From NCBI GenBank assembly GCA_964016885.1, contig OZ024747.1, positions 91,326,001-91,390,000 of the forward strand: a stretch of DNA of 64,000 nt, in the 5' to 3' direction. This document shows positions 28,526 to 44,417 of this stretch, in pieces. Position numbers and translations under genes: made by a program. This DNA is from Eledone cirrhosa. Lineage: Eukaryota. Below the pieces are notes generated by a model. That model was not told where the DNA came from. It worked only from the letters and a program-made list of their open reading frames with translations, and made no database searches. Within the stretch, counting starts at the first letter, position 1, and every line of letters starts with the position of its first letter.

Positions 28526-28959
28526 TACATTCTTTCCTTCGCTTCTGCTTGGCCAAATATTTGTGGAGGATTATTGTAATTTAAACTTCAGTATTAATTT
28601 TGCTAATTAATTACTTATGTAATTGAGTCTGTGGTCGCGGAAAATATCAGATTCAAACTTTGTTTGTGTTAGACTACACTAAAGAACTAATATTGGACTA
28701 GGTGTTGTTATTTAACCCAAGTTCAGTTCTGATACAAATCCATTTGCTTTTACAAATACCATTAACCATTAACACACATCTAGATATTTAAATAAACGAA
28801 ATGCTTACATAGCAGCTTTTATTGTTTCCTTTCTTTAAGGAATCGATACGGTTTATTGACCCAGTTATTTTTTTCAAACATATTAATCTTTCAAGATTTA
28901 ATTTCCTGTTGACGGGAGAATTCAATGGAACGAACTTCCGTCAATTTCAACGATGATTA

Positions 28960-29260
28960 TTCCTGTTGTTCTATCAACGGAACAGCCTGCTCATGAAATT
29001 AACGTGTGAATGCCTGGGTTTTCCACAGACACGTGTATCTTTAACGTAGTTCTCAGGTAAATTCAATGTGATCCACGGTGTGACAAGACTGACCGTTTGA
29101 AGTACATCACAGTACATTCATTTGACGAGTTTAAAAACAATTCCCAATATACACAATTTCCCTGACAAGGGCTAAGTCCGCCTGAGGCTAGGGTAAATGA
29201 CACTTGCACAAAATGCAACATAGCAGGATCGAAACCGAGGTTTCGAATGGAGTAACTGGC
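28960..29260 (-). mobile_element. tRNA-derived SINE, family B (degenerate)
   Basis: Reverse B-box GGATCGAAACC at ~29226; body homologous to the 28360-28510 segment. Confidence 0.6.
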
Positions 29261-29757
29261 TCTTATATTTTTAAAATATACATTAATATAAATTAACCCA
29301 TTAATTAACTCTTGCATAGTCAACTAATTGTTTTAATTTAATATATACAGTTCTCTACTTGTGCATTAAATAGACTACACTAAATCTGTAGTGAAATATT
29401 CTTTATTTCGCATTCTATCATTAAAATGGAAATACATCCTTAAACTACGGAATGTTCACAGCTGTAGAACCTTTTCATCGTGTTTTACTCAATCAGCTGA
29501 AACGAGGCTGACAACAACAACAAAAACAAAACACAACCAACTGGATATTTTATAATATAAATAGTTTGACTAACGTCAATTGAAAGTATTACTCAACCAC
29601 ACAATCACACGATATATATACATTGAAATATTACTTTCTGATTATTTAACTTTTGAAAATATAAAGCAATACTGGGATACAAGAATGCTAAAACTATTTA
29701 AATTCCAGGACCAATACAGGATACAGAGCAAGAAAATTTTACCTTACATAGCTAATA

Positions 29758-30000
29758 CTAATCTATATAAATCTTCTTCTGCAATTTTCCTGGGAGGGCC
29801 GTGGGTGCAGTCCTCAAACACTCCCTCCAGCGGGTCCTATCAGAAGCGACCGTCTCCAACTGATTCGGCTGGATCTCCAAGCGTGACCAGCCAAGCTCGT
29901 GGATGTTATCCAACCACCTTGCTCGGGGTTTACCCCTGTGTCTCTTACCTGTTGATTTCGCCCCTAAAATCTGTCCAGCGATTCCTTCCTGAGACATTTT
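29758..30000 (-). mobile_element. RTE-clade LINE 3' fragment
   Basis: GKRHRGKPRARWLDNI...ASDRTRWRECL matches the GxRxRGRPxxRWxD...AxDRxxWR C-terminus typical of RTE LINEs. Confidence 0.8.
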
Positions 30001-30231
30001 AACCATATACCCATAGTATTGTAGACAGTCGAAAATATGTGGTGCACAGATGATGCCGAAAATAAAACATACCTAAATAATAAACAACGACAAAAATTAA
30101 CACATTCGTTGATATTGTGTGAAAATTCGGAATCCATTTATAATCCAATAGAAACGTAGCTATGAGACATGGTTGACTCTGGTTGCAATGATGATGATGG
30201 TGATGAGACATACAAGGCCATCCATTTTAGG

Positions 30232-30380
30232 GGAGGCGAAAATCAATTAAATCGCCCCGAATGTATTACTTCTGCTTTATTTTATCGACTCCGTAAGGAT
30301 GAAAGGCAAAGTTAACTTCGGCGGGATTTGAACTCAGGTCATAAAAGGGCCGACGCTCTAACGATACTGCCAATCTACCG
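30232..30380 (-). mobile_element. tRNA-derived SINE, family A (MetaSINE-like core)
   Basis: TTTTATCGAC..GTAAGGATGAAAGGCAAAGTTAAC..GGATTTGAACTCAG is the reverse of B-box plus core. Confidence 0.85.
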
Positions 30381-30429
30381 GCTTCGGCTCATATAATATG
30401 TCTTTAATCTTCACAATGTATCTTTCATT

Positions 30430-31320
30430 ACCACGCCCAAATGTGTATTGTAGAAATATCTCTTATCTATCCTCGATGGAAGGATCTATCGTTGGAAACA
30501 TTCCCGAGTACATCATTTCCTACATCTCTGGTGACGGATGTAAAAAAAATATTTTCTCGATAACTCAGTTGAATCTCCAGAGCTATGTCTTCCATACAAT
30601 TGCTTTATTTTTTAAATCACACACCAGTGGTCGGTTACCCTTGAGAAATTCAATGGAGGAAATGTTGTCGACTTCCGACCGTATCTAGCATAAGAATCGT
30701 GTTTGACGTGAGAATCGTCCTGCTACATGTCCCATCTATAGATTCCACTCATACCTCATCGCTTGGCTTACGATGTTTCCTATCAGAATGCACCATCTAC
30801 CGACAGTCAATAATTCTAGCGTCAGTCAAGCCCGTCCTCTATGAACAAAGACATCGAAAACTCTTCCGATGAGGAAATAAGCCAATTTGCCTCAACAGCG
30901 CAGGCATACAATTGCTACACATAACTAGCAAAAATGTCTGCTAATATACCCTCCCTAAGCATGAACGGGATTTAATCGTCCTTGAAAGTCTCCAGAAATA
31001 TTAGGAGTTAAATCTCTGGTCATCTCTCATGACACACTTACTTATATATATATATAACATTACTAAATATAGATTCCAAAATACTGTAAATCCATCTTTA
31101 ATGACTAGAGAATGCTTCGATCCAGATCTGATGTTTACTCTCCTCAAATTTCAAGAAACATCTAGAATATAATGCAACATCGCTGCTGCTGCTGCTATGC
31201 ACAAAAACATAGAAGACTATACCCAATCTATTGCCAAGTGTTCTTTCTGAAGCACCCACTGGATCATGAATAGGTTTCTTTTCTTCTATTCTATTGGTTT
31301 AAAATACTTCAAAGCCGCTT
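30430..31320 (+). mobile_element. Probable decayed LINE reverse-transcriptase region
   Basis: Higher-complexity segment with broken frames that resembles the 3' half of a LINE pol. No intact motif; recognition only. Confidence 0.35.
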
Positions 31321-31391
31321 GTTTCTATCCATCAACTTCATTAATATCACTGTCTCTGGAAAGAAACGAACTTTAACTATTATAGACACTA

Positions 31392-31490
31392 GGTTAACTT
31401 TGCCTTTCATCCTTACGGGGTCGATAAAATAAAGTACCAGTAATGCATTGGGATAATTGCTGGCCTTGTGCCAAAAGTAGAATCAATTAC
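31392..31490 (+). mobile_element. SINE family A, 5'-truncated
   Basis: GTTAACTTTGCCTTTCATCCTTACGGGGTCGATAAAATAAAGTACCAG...GCTGGCCTTGTGCC. Confidence 0.85.
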
Positions 31491-32299
31491 AGACACTAGC
31501 ACAAAAATAACCCTTCGGGTGGTTTTCTGCTACCATTTGTAGTGTGCATATTGATATTATACGCAAACATAGATATATGTAGATATATGTCAAATAAAAT
31601 CGTAATTGACAATATCCACAGAAATTGAAGAGTCTGTGTTACACTCTCATTGTGTAATCAGTAAAGTAATTCATGATACATTTAAAAAGCTTCATTAGGA
31701 GAAAATTAGCGACGGAAATACATGCGATGTTTTTATAAGTGTTATAATATAACGGGCGCTATCCGGAAGTGTTGATATTTGACAATTTTAAAGAAGTGAA
31801 TCTTTAAATAAGCAATAAAATTATTTATATTTAATCAAGAGTTACGAAATTTAGTACATAAATTATATAATATTCATTCATTATTCATTCATTATTTATT
31901 CAAAGTAATTCCCGCACTCCATTCTTGTAGTTAAGATTGGGCGTTCCAAGAAACAAACCAATAAAAGACGGCTAGTTTTGGATAGAAATATGTTAACAAA
32001 GGGCAGTTGATAATCAACAAATGTCATATCACCTATTGTTTCCCCGAAACTAGTGTTATGTAAATATATTGCTTGCATATGACCAATATTAGATACAGTT
32101 TTTATATCAACAACTATTCTAACTCTCAACTGGTTATTAAATTCTTGTCATACTGTCGATGCAGAAGTCACTGCCAATGTCATTCGAAAAATGATGTCTC
32201 ATCTGGCACTAAAATATATTGAAAGTAATTAGAATATTCCAATATAAAATTCACTTCACCCGATTCCAACACCACCTAGTTGATGGAATTTCTAGTTAA

Positions 32300-32512
32300 C
32301 CCTTTAGCATTTACATTACTCTATATATACTATTGTATTTTCACGGTAAAAAGCTTTACCTCACATAGTTCTTTCACATAATGTTGAATCTATGAGAATT
32401 TGAAATTATTTATTTTGAGCACAGTACCTTATGAACGGCCGGTTACAGCCGGTTTGAACAGAAAGAGTTGAGAGAATTGTGGCCGGATATGGCCGGTTTA
32501 AATGCTAAAAGG
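32300..32512. mobile_element. piggyBac-type MITE
   Basis: TTAA|CCCTTTAGCATTT ... AAATGCTAAAAGG|TTAA: 13-bp TIR (12/13 match) and TTAA target sites at 32296-32299 and 32513-32516. Confidence 0.8.
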
Positions 32513-33174
32513 TTAAACAGTTTCACTCTAAAAAAAGTGCAAATCATTCGCAACAAAATATCTTGTGGTATTCAGTTGTTTGAAGTTCTGATTTGAAGTT
32601 CCCACTAATATCGACTATACTTTACATTCTTCCGATCTGCTAATATAAATACCAGTTAAATGATATTCTTAGAAAAAATACTAGATGTGAATGGAATTAT
32701 GCTAGAAAAGTAAGAATAAATATATAACTATGAAATTGTAGGTTTCCATATGAATGAACAAGCAAACGTATACAAGGTCGTGGGACTGAATATAAATAAC
32801 AATAAAATAATTATATCTTATTATCTAAAAGAAAGTATGTAATAAACAATAGCTATGGACCTATAACTCTTGCTGAGGTTGTAGGGGCGCCTTCATCGTT
32901 ACATACGGCGTCTCTTAGTCATTTATTCCTAGTGGAGCCGATATCTCTCCAGGTCTAAACATATCCGATCTTTTCAAGAGGAAGTTGTGACAGAGATAGA
33001 AATCAAGTAATAAATATAGTAGATTCAACCCCAGCACATTTTATCGACCTCGAAATGAGAAAAGGCAAAGTTGATCTTGGGGATTTGAACGAAGAAAATC
33101 AGAATTAATACCGCAAAGAAATATATCCGACTCAAGACTCTCCCAAACAGCTGCCTGTTAAATAATATAATCCT

Positions 33175-33361
33175 GGGTGGTGGATTAGCAGTATCAGTAG
33201 AGGGTCGGGCGCCATGCTTTCTAGCATAGTTACGCCTCTTTACGGTCTGAGTTCAAAGCCCGCTGAGGTTAACTTTGCCTTTCATCCTTACGAGGTCGAT
33301 AAAATAAAGTACCAGTAATGCATTGGGGTAATTGCTGGCCTTGTGCCAAGAGCAGAAACAA
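33175..33361 (+). mobile_element. Full-length SINE family A with TSD
   Basis: A-box region, B-box GAGTTCAAAGCC and core. 17-bp TSD TTAAATAAT(A/G)TAATCCT at 33158-33174 and 33362-33378. Confidence 0.9.
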
Positions 33362-33511
33362 TTAAATAATGTAATCCTAGATAGATAAGATTGCATGACA
33401 TAGGCTGGAACATCATTAATCATAGTTCTGTGTGATCAGTTCTGTTACATAAGGCTTTGCAGAATGAAAATATAAACACATAATAAATGCAATTAATTAT
33501 TGCTAGGAACC

Positions 33512-34050
33512 TCACAAATGGTGAGAAAATGAAGTCCCACGTGCTGGTCTGCCCACAGCTCCGGCGGACAGGATGGAGAAGGCGTTTCCTCGGCGGATGG
33601 TAAGGGAGATGCGCTGGAAGAGCCGCTCCAACTCGCGAGGCTCACACCTGCGGCTGGCCAGCCCAGCGCCTACGGTGGTGAATGGGGAGGTAGACCTAGG
33701 GCCAAGGACACCAGAAGTCTCCACTGCCAAGGGCACGACCGCGAACCTGTCGGAGAGCGACCGGTACTTGGACAGTTTGGCCCCCTCAGCCCGACGTGCA
33801 GCAGTATCTGGGTTAGTCGCAGACTGCACCAGGTTGCGGCAGGAGAAAGTGTCGCTGCAAGTGGCATCCCAGACGAGGGGTTCGCCACCGCGGAACGGGA
33901 AGATGGTCATACCATCTGGCCTTTTGCCATTCCCTCGATCCAGCCCCACCGGCTCGAGCTGGGAGGGGAATCCTGCTTAATGACCTCGTTGAGCTCAACA
34001 TGGCGTGGAAGGCGGTGGCATTGTGGCGACAGGAAAACGGGTGGAGTCTG
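33512..34050 (-). mobile_element. CRE-like non-LTR retrotransposon 3' fragment (restriction-like endonuclease domain)
   Basis: RHVELNEVIK, RPDG, WDAT, E..K..KY, PLAVETSG and LFQRISLTIRRGNA motifs. Frameshifted; GC-rich island. Confidence 0.8.
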
Positions 34051-34299
34051 AAAGAGTTCATGGCAAACAAAATCATAGAAACCCAAGAACCGAACATTAC
34101 ATGAAGTCAAGGGAAAGCAACTTGTTAAGGATTGAGTCATATTTTATTTTAAAACTGGCTGAGTCCGATATATTGCTTTGCGGTATTAATTCTGATTTTC
34201 TTAGTTCAAATCCCCAAGATCAACTTTAATAAATATTAAATCTCTCTCTCCCCACCCCATCTCTCTCTCTCCCCCCACTATCTCTCTCTCGCTACATAC

Positions 34300-34725
<426 letters not shown>

Positions 34726-35689
34726 ACACCTAAGGCACATACATATTATTACACTGCGGTCACCGACAATCGTTATGTAAATTTACCTATGCAATGAAAG
34801 CTTCTCTGAAACAATGCACAGTATTTGGATCATTAACACTTGAGTGATATTATATAGAAGCGTTTCTAAAACAAAATGGAAGTTAGCAAAATATATTCGA
34901 CATTTGACTTTTCATATCAAGTCAGTTAAAATCATAACTAAAAAAAGTATACAATCAAATAGTCTGTAAGTGAATGTAGATATTCACAAATGCATATTTG
35001 CATACATACACACAGGTACGCACACATAAAAACCACAAACACATACATGGAAATAATATCTATGTATATTGTAAATAGAACTGTTAGTGTATTCTTGTAT
35101 CTGACGTAAACTTACATAAATATATGCGTATGTATATGAGGAAATATGAAATATACATTATTATAAAAATATAAGCACATATATAATAAACATACACACA
35201 TATTTATATATATATATATATGTAAAGAGAGAGAGAGAGAATATATTCAAGTATATGTAAACGTATGTATAAATATAAACACACTCACACCTAATCCCAC
35301 ATACAAATGTATGGAGTACGCACTTGAAGGTATACAGCGATAATTTCTTTTTATTTTTTAATCTGTGGGAAAGTTCTATCGAAATGTTTGTTTTCACCTT
35401 TCATATTTTCGTTGTTAGAATTGATCATGTTTACCTGAATTTCCATTTGCCTTGTGACTCATTTATAAAATGAAAGAAATATTTAAAAAATAACAAACAG
35501 CTACAAATCTGTATATCATATAAAAATGGTTACGTTTGATCTCAAACACTGAGCTTTTTTGCACTAATAACTTTCAATTTTGTTTCATATTTTTCCTCTC
35601 TTGCATGTGAATTTTCCTTAAATTCAAACATTATATCTCCTTCTTTCACTCTTCACATATGTATTTATGTGTGTATGTGTGTGTGTGTA

Positions 35690-35749
<60 letters not shown>

Positions 35750-36069
35750 TAAATAAAGAGAGAGAGAGAGGGAGATGTATATACTTAAGTATATACACAT
35801 ATGTGTCTTGTGTATGTGCGCATACGCATGTGCTTATGTTGTGTATATATATTTTCTAACAATCCGGAAAATCAGTCCTCCATTATCATAGAACCGAAAA
35901 ACTACTCCATTTTACTGTCACATTACTATCAAGAAGAAATGATTTTTCTATTTCAAATATATAAATATATATCTATGTTGCACTGCATACAAGTCACGCA
36001 CTTATACATACATACACAAATAAACACAGACCCGCATAAACATACTCTATTCATGCGAATGCTGATATA

Positions 36070-36165
36070 CATGCACACACACACACACACACACGCACAC
36101 AATATACATGTGTGTATATATATATATATATAAATATTTATATACATATATATATATGTATATAA

Positions 36166-36231
<66 letters not shown>

Positions 36232-36233
36232 CA

Positions 36234-36265
<32 letters not shown>

Positions 36266-36470
36266 AATATATATATACATATATATATATATGTATATAT
36301 GTATATATATATATATATAATATACATATATGTGTATATATATATAATATACATATATGTGTATATATATAATAAACATATGTGTATATATATATAATAT
36401 ACATATATATATATATGCATACACACACACCCCTCACCACAACCATATATGTATATATATTTATATACAT
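36070..36470. repeat. (CA)n/(TA)n microsatellite
   Basis: Visible. Confidence 0.95.
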
Positions 36471-36682
36471 ATTGCTGAAGTGGAACCATACTCCCTCTGT
36501 AATGAAACACCACAATTGTTCTCCTGTAAACCTTCATTACGAAATTCCGAACATGCATTGGAGAAACATGATTTCCTTACTATTTATCACATTTGTATCT
36601 GTGTGGATGACGGTTACACTTAAAACAATTACCAATTTTATGGAAGGACTACCGCACGCCTTCAACACAATTTTTTGTAGAT

Positions 36683-36920
36683 CTCAATACTTATCTATTA
36701 AATAGTATCAAATTACTTAACTCATGTTTTTGACTTGATTCTAAAATACTTACATTATGGAAGAGTCATTTTAGCCATTGAAAACACAAAAACTGTTGAC
36801 TCAATATTTATCTATTAAATAGTATCAAATTACTTGACCCGAGTTTGTGTGTTGATTCTAAAATACTTAAATCGTGGAAGAGTCATCATTCTAGCCATTG
36901 AAAACACAAACACTGTTGGC
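36683..36920. repeat. ~118-bp tandem duplication (2 copies)
   Basis: TCAATA.TTATCTATTAAATAGTATCAAATTACTT...GCCATTGAAAACACAAA.ACTGTTG occurs twice, starting at ~36683 and ~36801. Confidence 0.9.
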
Positions 36921-39124
36921 CTCCCTTTGCAGTAAAAGTGTTTCAGTTACTGTTATAAATAGCACGACGAACTCTTTGACAGATTACCGTGCCTTTTTGG
37001 TGACTAACATGACTCGTTGACAATGTAATTAATTGCTAAATAGATATTGTGAGTTGAATTTTTGCTATCATATTTAGTTTTTAGGTTGCCCTGATTAGAT
37101 TGTTGTGGTTTGTAATGGCTAGACGATTAAAAATCGAAAGCTTCGATTCATTCATTAATTTTTGTATACATTATTATGAAAAACCTCTTAGCTGAACATG
37201 TGTATTTTACAGAGAAACATCCCTCAGCCGTTCGGTGGGAATTTTGTTTTTCCAAGTAAGGAAGTAAACATATTTAGAGGGTGAGTTTCTTCTCTGAAGA
37301 CTTACTGCTGTCCAACTCTTCTGAGATTTTCTTACCACAGACATATACGTTATTTTGGATCGGTGTGTAAATTTTAGCTTCTCGAAAAGTAGACTAAAAA
37401 TGATAACCTTTATATATTGTATATCAGAGAAAAGTTAACATATCAGAAAAAAGCATATTTATTTTATGGATTATTTACGAGTCACAAATTTCTAGAATGA
37501 ATTAAAAAACATATACAAGAAAATAGCATATGCGTTTTTCTTTGTCTCACTATAAGGTGGAATATATTGCTTAGTACAACTAGAAATTAATATTACATCG
37601 ACATTTGCTCTGATAGTATTAAGACACAGATATATTCACGGTATTCTTAAATAAATTACGTATGTTGATTACACAAAGATTACGCAAGCAACGATGCTTT
37701 TACCTTTTCCCAAAGAGGCGAATAAATTAAAGAATTGTAACGAAATAACTCATAAATAAAGTGTAATATTAAATAGTATAATTCAATTCAATAAACTGGC
37801 AAATAAACTTAGTCTTTCTTATTCATTTACCTACATTTAAATACATGAAAACTGCTAAGTAAATGTTGAATGAACATGCTAACCCTATATATGCCATAGA
37901 TGCATTTAAAACATCTGACGTACTCTTTGAGATAAACAATGTATTTAATATAAACGGATGCTGTTAATGAATCATTGTGAAACTTAAAATTATTCAGATG
38001 AAATAATCTTTACTCATTTATGTAGATTTTTATATATTTTTAGCATTAGCACTTTATATTAATTGCAAGTTCAATGCATACGAATATAATTGCTGTCTTT
38101 AAAGAAATATAGTTTATATGGTGAGGTTAAAATGGTATGGGAAAGATGGTATTCGATATGGCTATATAAACTTTAATATACATGTAAAAATATAACTTAA
38201 ACAGAAAAGAAAAGCATGTTTAACATCTTGCTATTTAAAAACGTTCTTTTCTCTTAGATCAACGGGGTTTAATTCTTGAACTGGTCTTTCCGGTATGACT
38301 CTATTAGAGTCGAATCGAGAAAAGCTCACATTGTTGGTGAAAGGTTAATTCTATCAGCCCGAAAATAAATTGTATTAACAATGTTAAATCAAGAAGCCAT
38401 AAAATAAATGATGATTTCCATTGCCAGACAATACAGTATTTTGACATGCGGTATATTATATCTATTGTTGTTAAAAAAAACTTCAACTGCGTAAAGCTTT
38501 TGAATCACAGTTAGATGGGAATTCATGTTATCGTTGAAAAAACGTATTTACGTCGTTTATGCGATATGTAGATGGAGACAAAATTATTTTACATTTTTAA
38601 AAATTGTTGTTACTTATTGGAAAGTACAATAATGTGTGAATATTTTCAACCGTGCCGGTAGCTTGTTGTAGTAGCAAGTTTGTGATGCAATGTACATCGA
38701 TGACATACAGTACATTGTATATCGATGACAGACATTTTAAACTTTTATATTGCATTTATACTCACTGATTTGTGCGTGCATTGTGATGTATTAATGTAGT
38801 GCTCAATACTTATCTATTCGATCAATACTTATCTATATAAGAGCTTTAAAACTTTTCTACACTTTCCTGGAATTTTAATTAATAAAGATAAAAAAAAATT
38901 AAAAGAAGCAATCTCGCCTTATGTCATTGAAAGGAGAAGCAGTTTGACAAATATTCCACCGCGACTAAATAAAATGTATGAATGGAATTTATATATGTGT
39001 TCTTAAATTGATATATATTTGTTCTTCTTTTAATGCATGCCTGTCATTTTCCAAGCATTGCTCATTGACTTTAGATAGTTTAATAGATTTCTAAAGTCTG
39101 TCTTAAGCCAGACGACTGAAAGTA

Positions 39125-39328
39125 CAAGACTATCCTGGACAGGATGCCAGTCCATCGCAGGGTTAAACCCTCAGCTATTGCTGGTACTCATTGTTCAGCT
39201 GAGTATACTAGAACAACGTCAAATGAAGTGTTTTCCTCAAGAACACAACAGGCAACGCAGCCGAGGTATGGAACCCACGACATTATGACTCTAAGTTCAA
39301 CACCCTTACCACTAAGCCACGCATCTCC
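39125..39328 (-). mobile_element. tRNA-derived SINE (CORE-like, degenerate)
   Basis: GATGCCAGTCCATCGCAGG...GGTACTCA...TCAAGAACACAAC...GGAACCCACGAC...ACCACTAAGCCAC is a reverse tRNA head plus body. Confidence 0.65.
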
Positions 39329-40099
39329 TTAAAAGATTTTGGAATATTAAAATAATTTCGCAGGACATTTGAACCTTAGTTATCAGTATATCAATATGTG
39401 TACCGCGTTTTGGGAAAAATTGAAAACCAAAATGACAAGATCTTAACAATTCTATATGAAGTATAAAACCAAGAAATGTTGAAAATATGTCTCATTCATT
39501 TGAACCGTCAAGACAAGTAAAATACTGTATATTATTTCGATGTAATCTATGGAAGAATTTGAAATTTCATTTTATAGGCTGAAAAAGTATTTAGAAAAAG
39601 ATAAATCAAATTAATGTATTAATATTTTTAACATCACATACTTGAAAAGCTAGCTGCACTATATTTACACATGCACGCATAGAAACTTTCCAGTTCTCTC
39701 TCTCTCTCTTTCTCTTTCTCCTTCTCTCACTCTCTTTTTCTCTCTCTTTCATTCGCTTTCTCTCTTTCTCTTCTCTCTTTCTCTCTCCTTCTCTCCTTCT
39801 TTCTCTCTTTCCTCTCTCTCTCCTCTCTATGCTTTTTTTAATTTTTATTAAGGCTAAATAATGAGTCATATTAACCTGATGTTTCAACTGTGCAGTGAAA
39901 GGATCACGAGGCACAATTTGAGTCTTGTTCCATAATCCTATGGAGCAAACCGTTGAAATTCCTGAGTAACAAATCTCGTCGCTTAGCCTTAATAGCGAAT
40001 ATTGATAGCTCTCAACATCACATGCACATATATATGTACATCAACATCACATGCACATATATACGTACATATATATGAACATATATGTATGTATATATA

Positions 40100-40605
<506 letters not shown>

Positions 40606-41599
40606 GTGTGTCTGTACATTTATTTTCAGAGATATTATGTAGGAGTTGAATATAAGAGGAAAATATTTTCCATTAACCAATATAACAAATACATCTTTTA
40701 TAAACGTTTAGAAGTTTGAATGATTTAGTACTTGATACTTAGCAAAACATATTTTACTTTTATTTCCTGCCAAAGTACTTGATATAACAGACATGTCAGA
40801 TAGGTATTTTTTTCTTCTTCACCAAAGAATCTGTTTCAGTATTCGATTTGATTTCTTTGTTGATGGATTAAATATTTTCATGTATTTTCTTTTGATAATG
40901 CCTTTTTTTTTTTCCAGTTTGTGATCATTGCAGAATATAAGTTATTATACGCAATAGCGTGTCACCACTCTATTTCGAAATAAAGTCCTCACTTGGAGTA
41001 GTATATATTATATATATATGTATATATATATACACACATACATAAATATATATATATATATATATATTTCAAGGCCACAAATCAATGTCAAACGAAGAAG
41101 GGAAGTGTATATATATTGTATTGTTAATTTTAAGCTTCCAATAAACTACGTTTCAGTTCCGCTTTCGATTCCCACTTACTATGATTTTATATCTTTTATG
41201 CTCATGGCACGAAAGTCATAACATCAATTTCTTTCTCTAAATAAACTCTGTCGTTACAAATACCTATTAAGATGCACACATGAATAACATGTAATTGACT
41301 AACTCTTTTTCTTTCTTCTATAATCTTAAAATACATAAATGTTTGTGTTTATAATTGGTGATACATATTCCCACGTAGTTTTTTTTTCCTTTTACTCAGT
41401 CGCATGACAATATTAACTGGCACTCCGTTGGTTACCACGAAGAGTGTTCTGGTTGCTACGATGAACGGAACAGCCTGTTCATTAAATATTGATGGAAAGT
41501 TATTTTAGGCTATATACAATAGTAAATAGTAACCTAAGTAAACATGAAAGAACAGCCGAAATCCCACTGTCATCGCCTCCATCTCGCTCACCCTCCCCA

Positions 41600-41856
41600 A
41601 TTCTCTGTATGGTGAGCAAATGGGGTCTCACGTGCTGGCCTCTCCACAGCCCCAGCAGACAGAATGGAAAAGGCGTTTCCCTGGAGTATGGTAAGGGAGA
41701 TGCACTGGAAGAGCCATTCCATCTCGCGAGACTTACACCTGCGGCTGGCCAGCTCTGCGTCTATGGTGGTGAGTAGTGGGGTAGCCCTAGGGCTAAGAAC
41801 ACCAGAAGTCTCCACTGCCAAGGGCACGACCGTGAACCTGTCGGAGAGCGACCGTA
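41600..41856 (-). mobile_element. CRE-like LINE 3' fragment, copy 2
   Basis: RSLSDRFTVVPLAVETSG...WLFQCISLTILQGNAF, homologous to 33512-33775. Confidence 0.8.
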
Positions 41857-43157
41857 ATGTGTAAGGGACCGAGAATTCCACAGAGGGAGAAATAGAGCCA
41901 AAGAAAGAGTGAGAAGGGGTATCGGTGCGTGTCTGAATGTGTAACTGGTCTCCACTGAACATTTCTTTAGTTATATAGTTGGTAAAAAAATAGGTCCAAA
42001 AAGAACAAATTCATTTATGTAAATAACACACACATAATATATTTCATTCTATTATGAATAAAAGTAAATGGTACAGCTAATTCAACTGTTTTCATAATCT
42101 GATAGAATATAAACCACAATTGTTAACCTAAGTCTTAGCAACTGCGCAAAAGAAAATACTCAATTACTTAGTGAAGAAAGTTTATCTAGCAATGATGTTA
42201 AAAACTTTTTATTCAGGGTTGTTATTTTATACTGGTAGATACGACATTGAACTCCGGAAATAGTTTCCCTGCAAGGTAGTAGCAGGAATTTCGCTTTACT
42301 GATCATTTTTGAACTACGATACCATAAAACTACCCGACTGTGTATAGCATTGAACATTTTCATCAATAACACGAGGTTAACAGCTGAATGGAATCACTGA
42401 AGGTTTTACACACGTAAATTATTAAGTTAAACTCTATATTCATAAATCTAAACTGCAGTACATACATACTTACGACATTACAGAAGCTCTAAGAATGTAA
42501 TGTGTTGGTTGTATAGGTAAGTTGCTAGTGAGTTAAGACAGCAACTAGGTTTCGATTATGGATAGATGCAAGTTTACTTCATCTACGCTGATAATGTTTC
42601 AGAATGAAATATCAATGTTATATTATTCTGCTTTGCAGCAAAGAGTTACACCCTTTTACGTTCTGAGTTAAAATCCTGCCGAGGTTAGCTTCGCCTTTCA
42701 TCCTGACATGGTATCAATAGTCACTAGATTTTTCTACGTTACCTATTTTCAGTAAATGTAAAATGGCTACAGAGATTTATTCACTTTCTCGTCATCCCTA
42801 TTAGATGCATTTAGTTGTACCAAACGTGTTTAGAAACGTTTCAATTCCTCTGAATTTCACGCTCAATTATTTTGTGGAAATTGTTAAAATATCTTCGACT
42901 CTGCATCATTCCTATTATTTTGCTAAATATTATTCACATCTATTTTCCTCTTGAACAATATGGCTACATATCTACTTGTAACAAAATATTCATACTAACG
43001 AAATGCAACTTTCCACATATTTTGCTATCTGTTTAAGAGAGAGACCTAACTCAGCATAGATAAGGTAGACCTAACAAAAGGTATATATTTTATAACACAG
43101 CCCTATCCCAACCTATATAATTAATGAAGCAGTAATGTCTAGCTTACATAATCTATA

Positions 43158-43338
43158 ATTGTTTCTATTTTTGGCACAAGGCCAGCAATTATCCCAGTTT
43201 ATTACTGGTACTTTATTTTATCGACCCCGTAAGGATGAAATGCAAAGTTAACCTCGGCGGGATTTGAACTCAGACCATGAAAGGCCGTAACTCTTTGCTG
43301 CAAAGCATGGCGTCCAACCCTCTACCGATACTGCCAAT
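43158..43338 (-). mobile_element. SINE family A
   Basis: Reverse complement of the family A consensus. Confidence 0.9.
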
Positions 43339-43747
43339 AATGCGGTTTAAAAGTAGCCTATATCATGTATAAATCATGCTAACTCAACTTATATAAACTA
43401 TTTAAAAAATATTGACCCAGCCCATATATATATATATGACATATCTAACAGCTAATATCATTCACAAGTCAGTGCCAACCTAGCCTGTATCATTCATAAC
43501 GCAGTTCTAATCCAACCCAATATATGACAACGAAATATTTAAAGAAGAATAACAAATTTATAACCATATTTAATTTACGTATGTTATATAATTGTAGTGG
43601 AAATGTGTGAAGTTCATTCAATTTTCTAGAATATTATAGAAGGAATTTCTTCTCTACAATACTCTTGTTTACATCCAGAAATATATTCAGTTTATGTATT
43701 GACACTTTTATTTTCTAATGAATGAATTTTCGAACCATTTAACAAGT

Positions 43748-44168
43748 AATTGTTTCTACTCTTGACACAAGGCCAGCAATTATCCCAGTGTAATACTGGT
43801 ACTTTATTTTATCGACCCTGTAAGGATGAAAGGCAAAGTTAACCTCGGCGGGATTTGAACTCAGATCATAAAGGGAGGTAACTCTATGCTTCAAAGCATG
43901 GCGTCCGATCCTCTACCGATACTGCCAATCCCCATTTAACAAATAATGGATTCTGATTTAGACACAAAACAGACGTAACTATAGGCCTCAAAGCATGCTG
44001 TCCGACTTAGGGGAAAGTCAATATAATCGACCCCAGTGCCGGACTGGTACTTTATTTTATCGACCCTGTACGGATGAAAGGCAAAACTAACCTCAGAACG
44101 TAAAGGGAAGTAACTATATGCTTCAAAGAATGCTATCCGACGTTCTACTGATACTGCCAATCTACCAC
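43748..44168 (-). mobile_element. Two tandem SINE family A copies (43748-43933, ~44010-44168)
   Basis: Two reverse cores ACTTTATTTTATCGACCC..GGATGAAAGGCAAA. Confidence 0.85.
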
Positions 44169-44417
44169 ACTTATAACAATTCAACTAAAATTAAAATAGA
44201 TTAAGAAATGTTATATATGGGAACGCCTGTCCGCTAAACTCTATATTGATTACTGTTTCTCTATTTCTCGGCATATTTCATTTTCTCGATTTCACTCTTT
44301 CTTCGTGTAATACTCTTTATAAAGCGATTACTCATTCGATGATTTTTTTTAACAGACACAAGATATATACGACATGTCTGACATGGTGATTAGTGATACA
44401 TTTATGATAATGGCGCT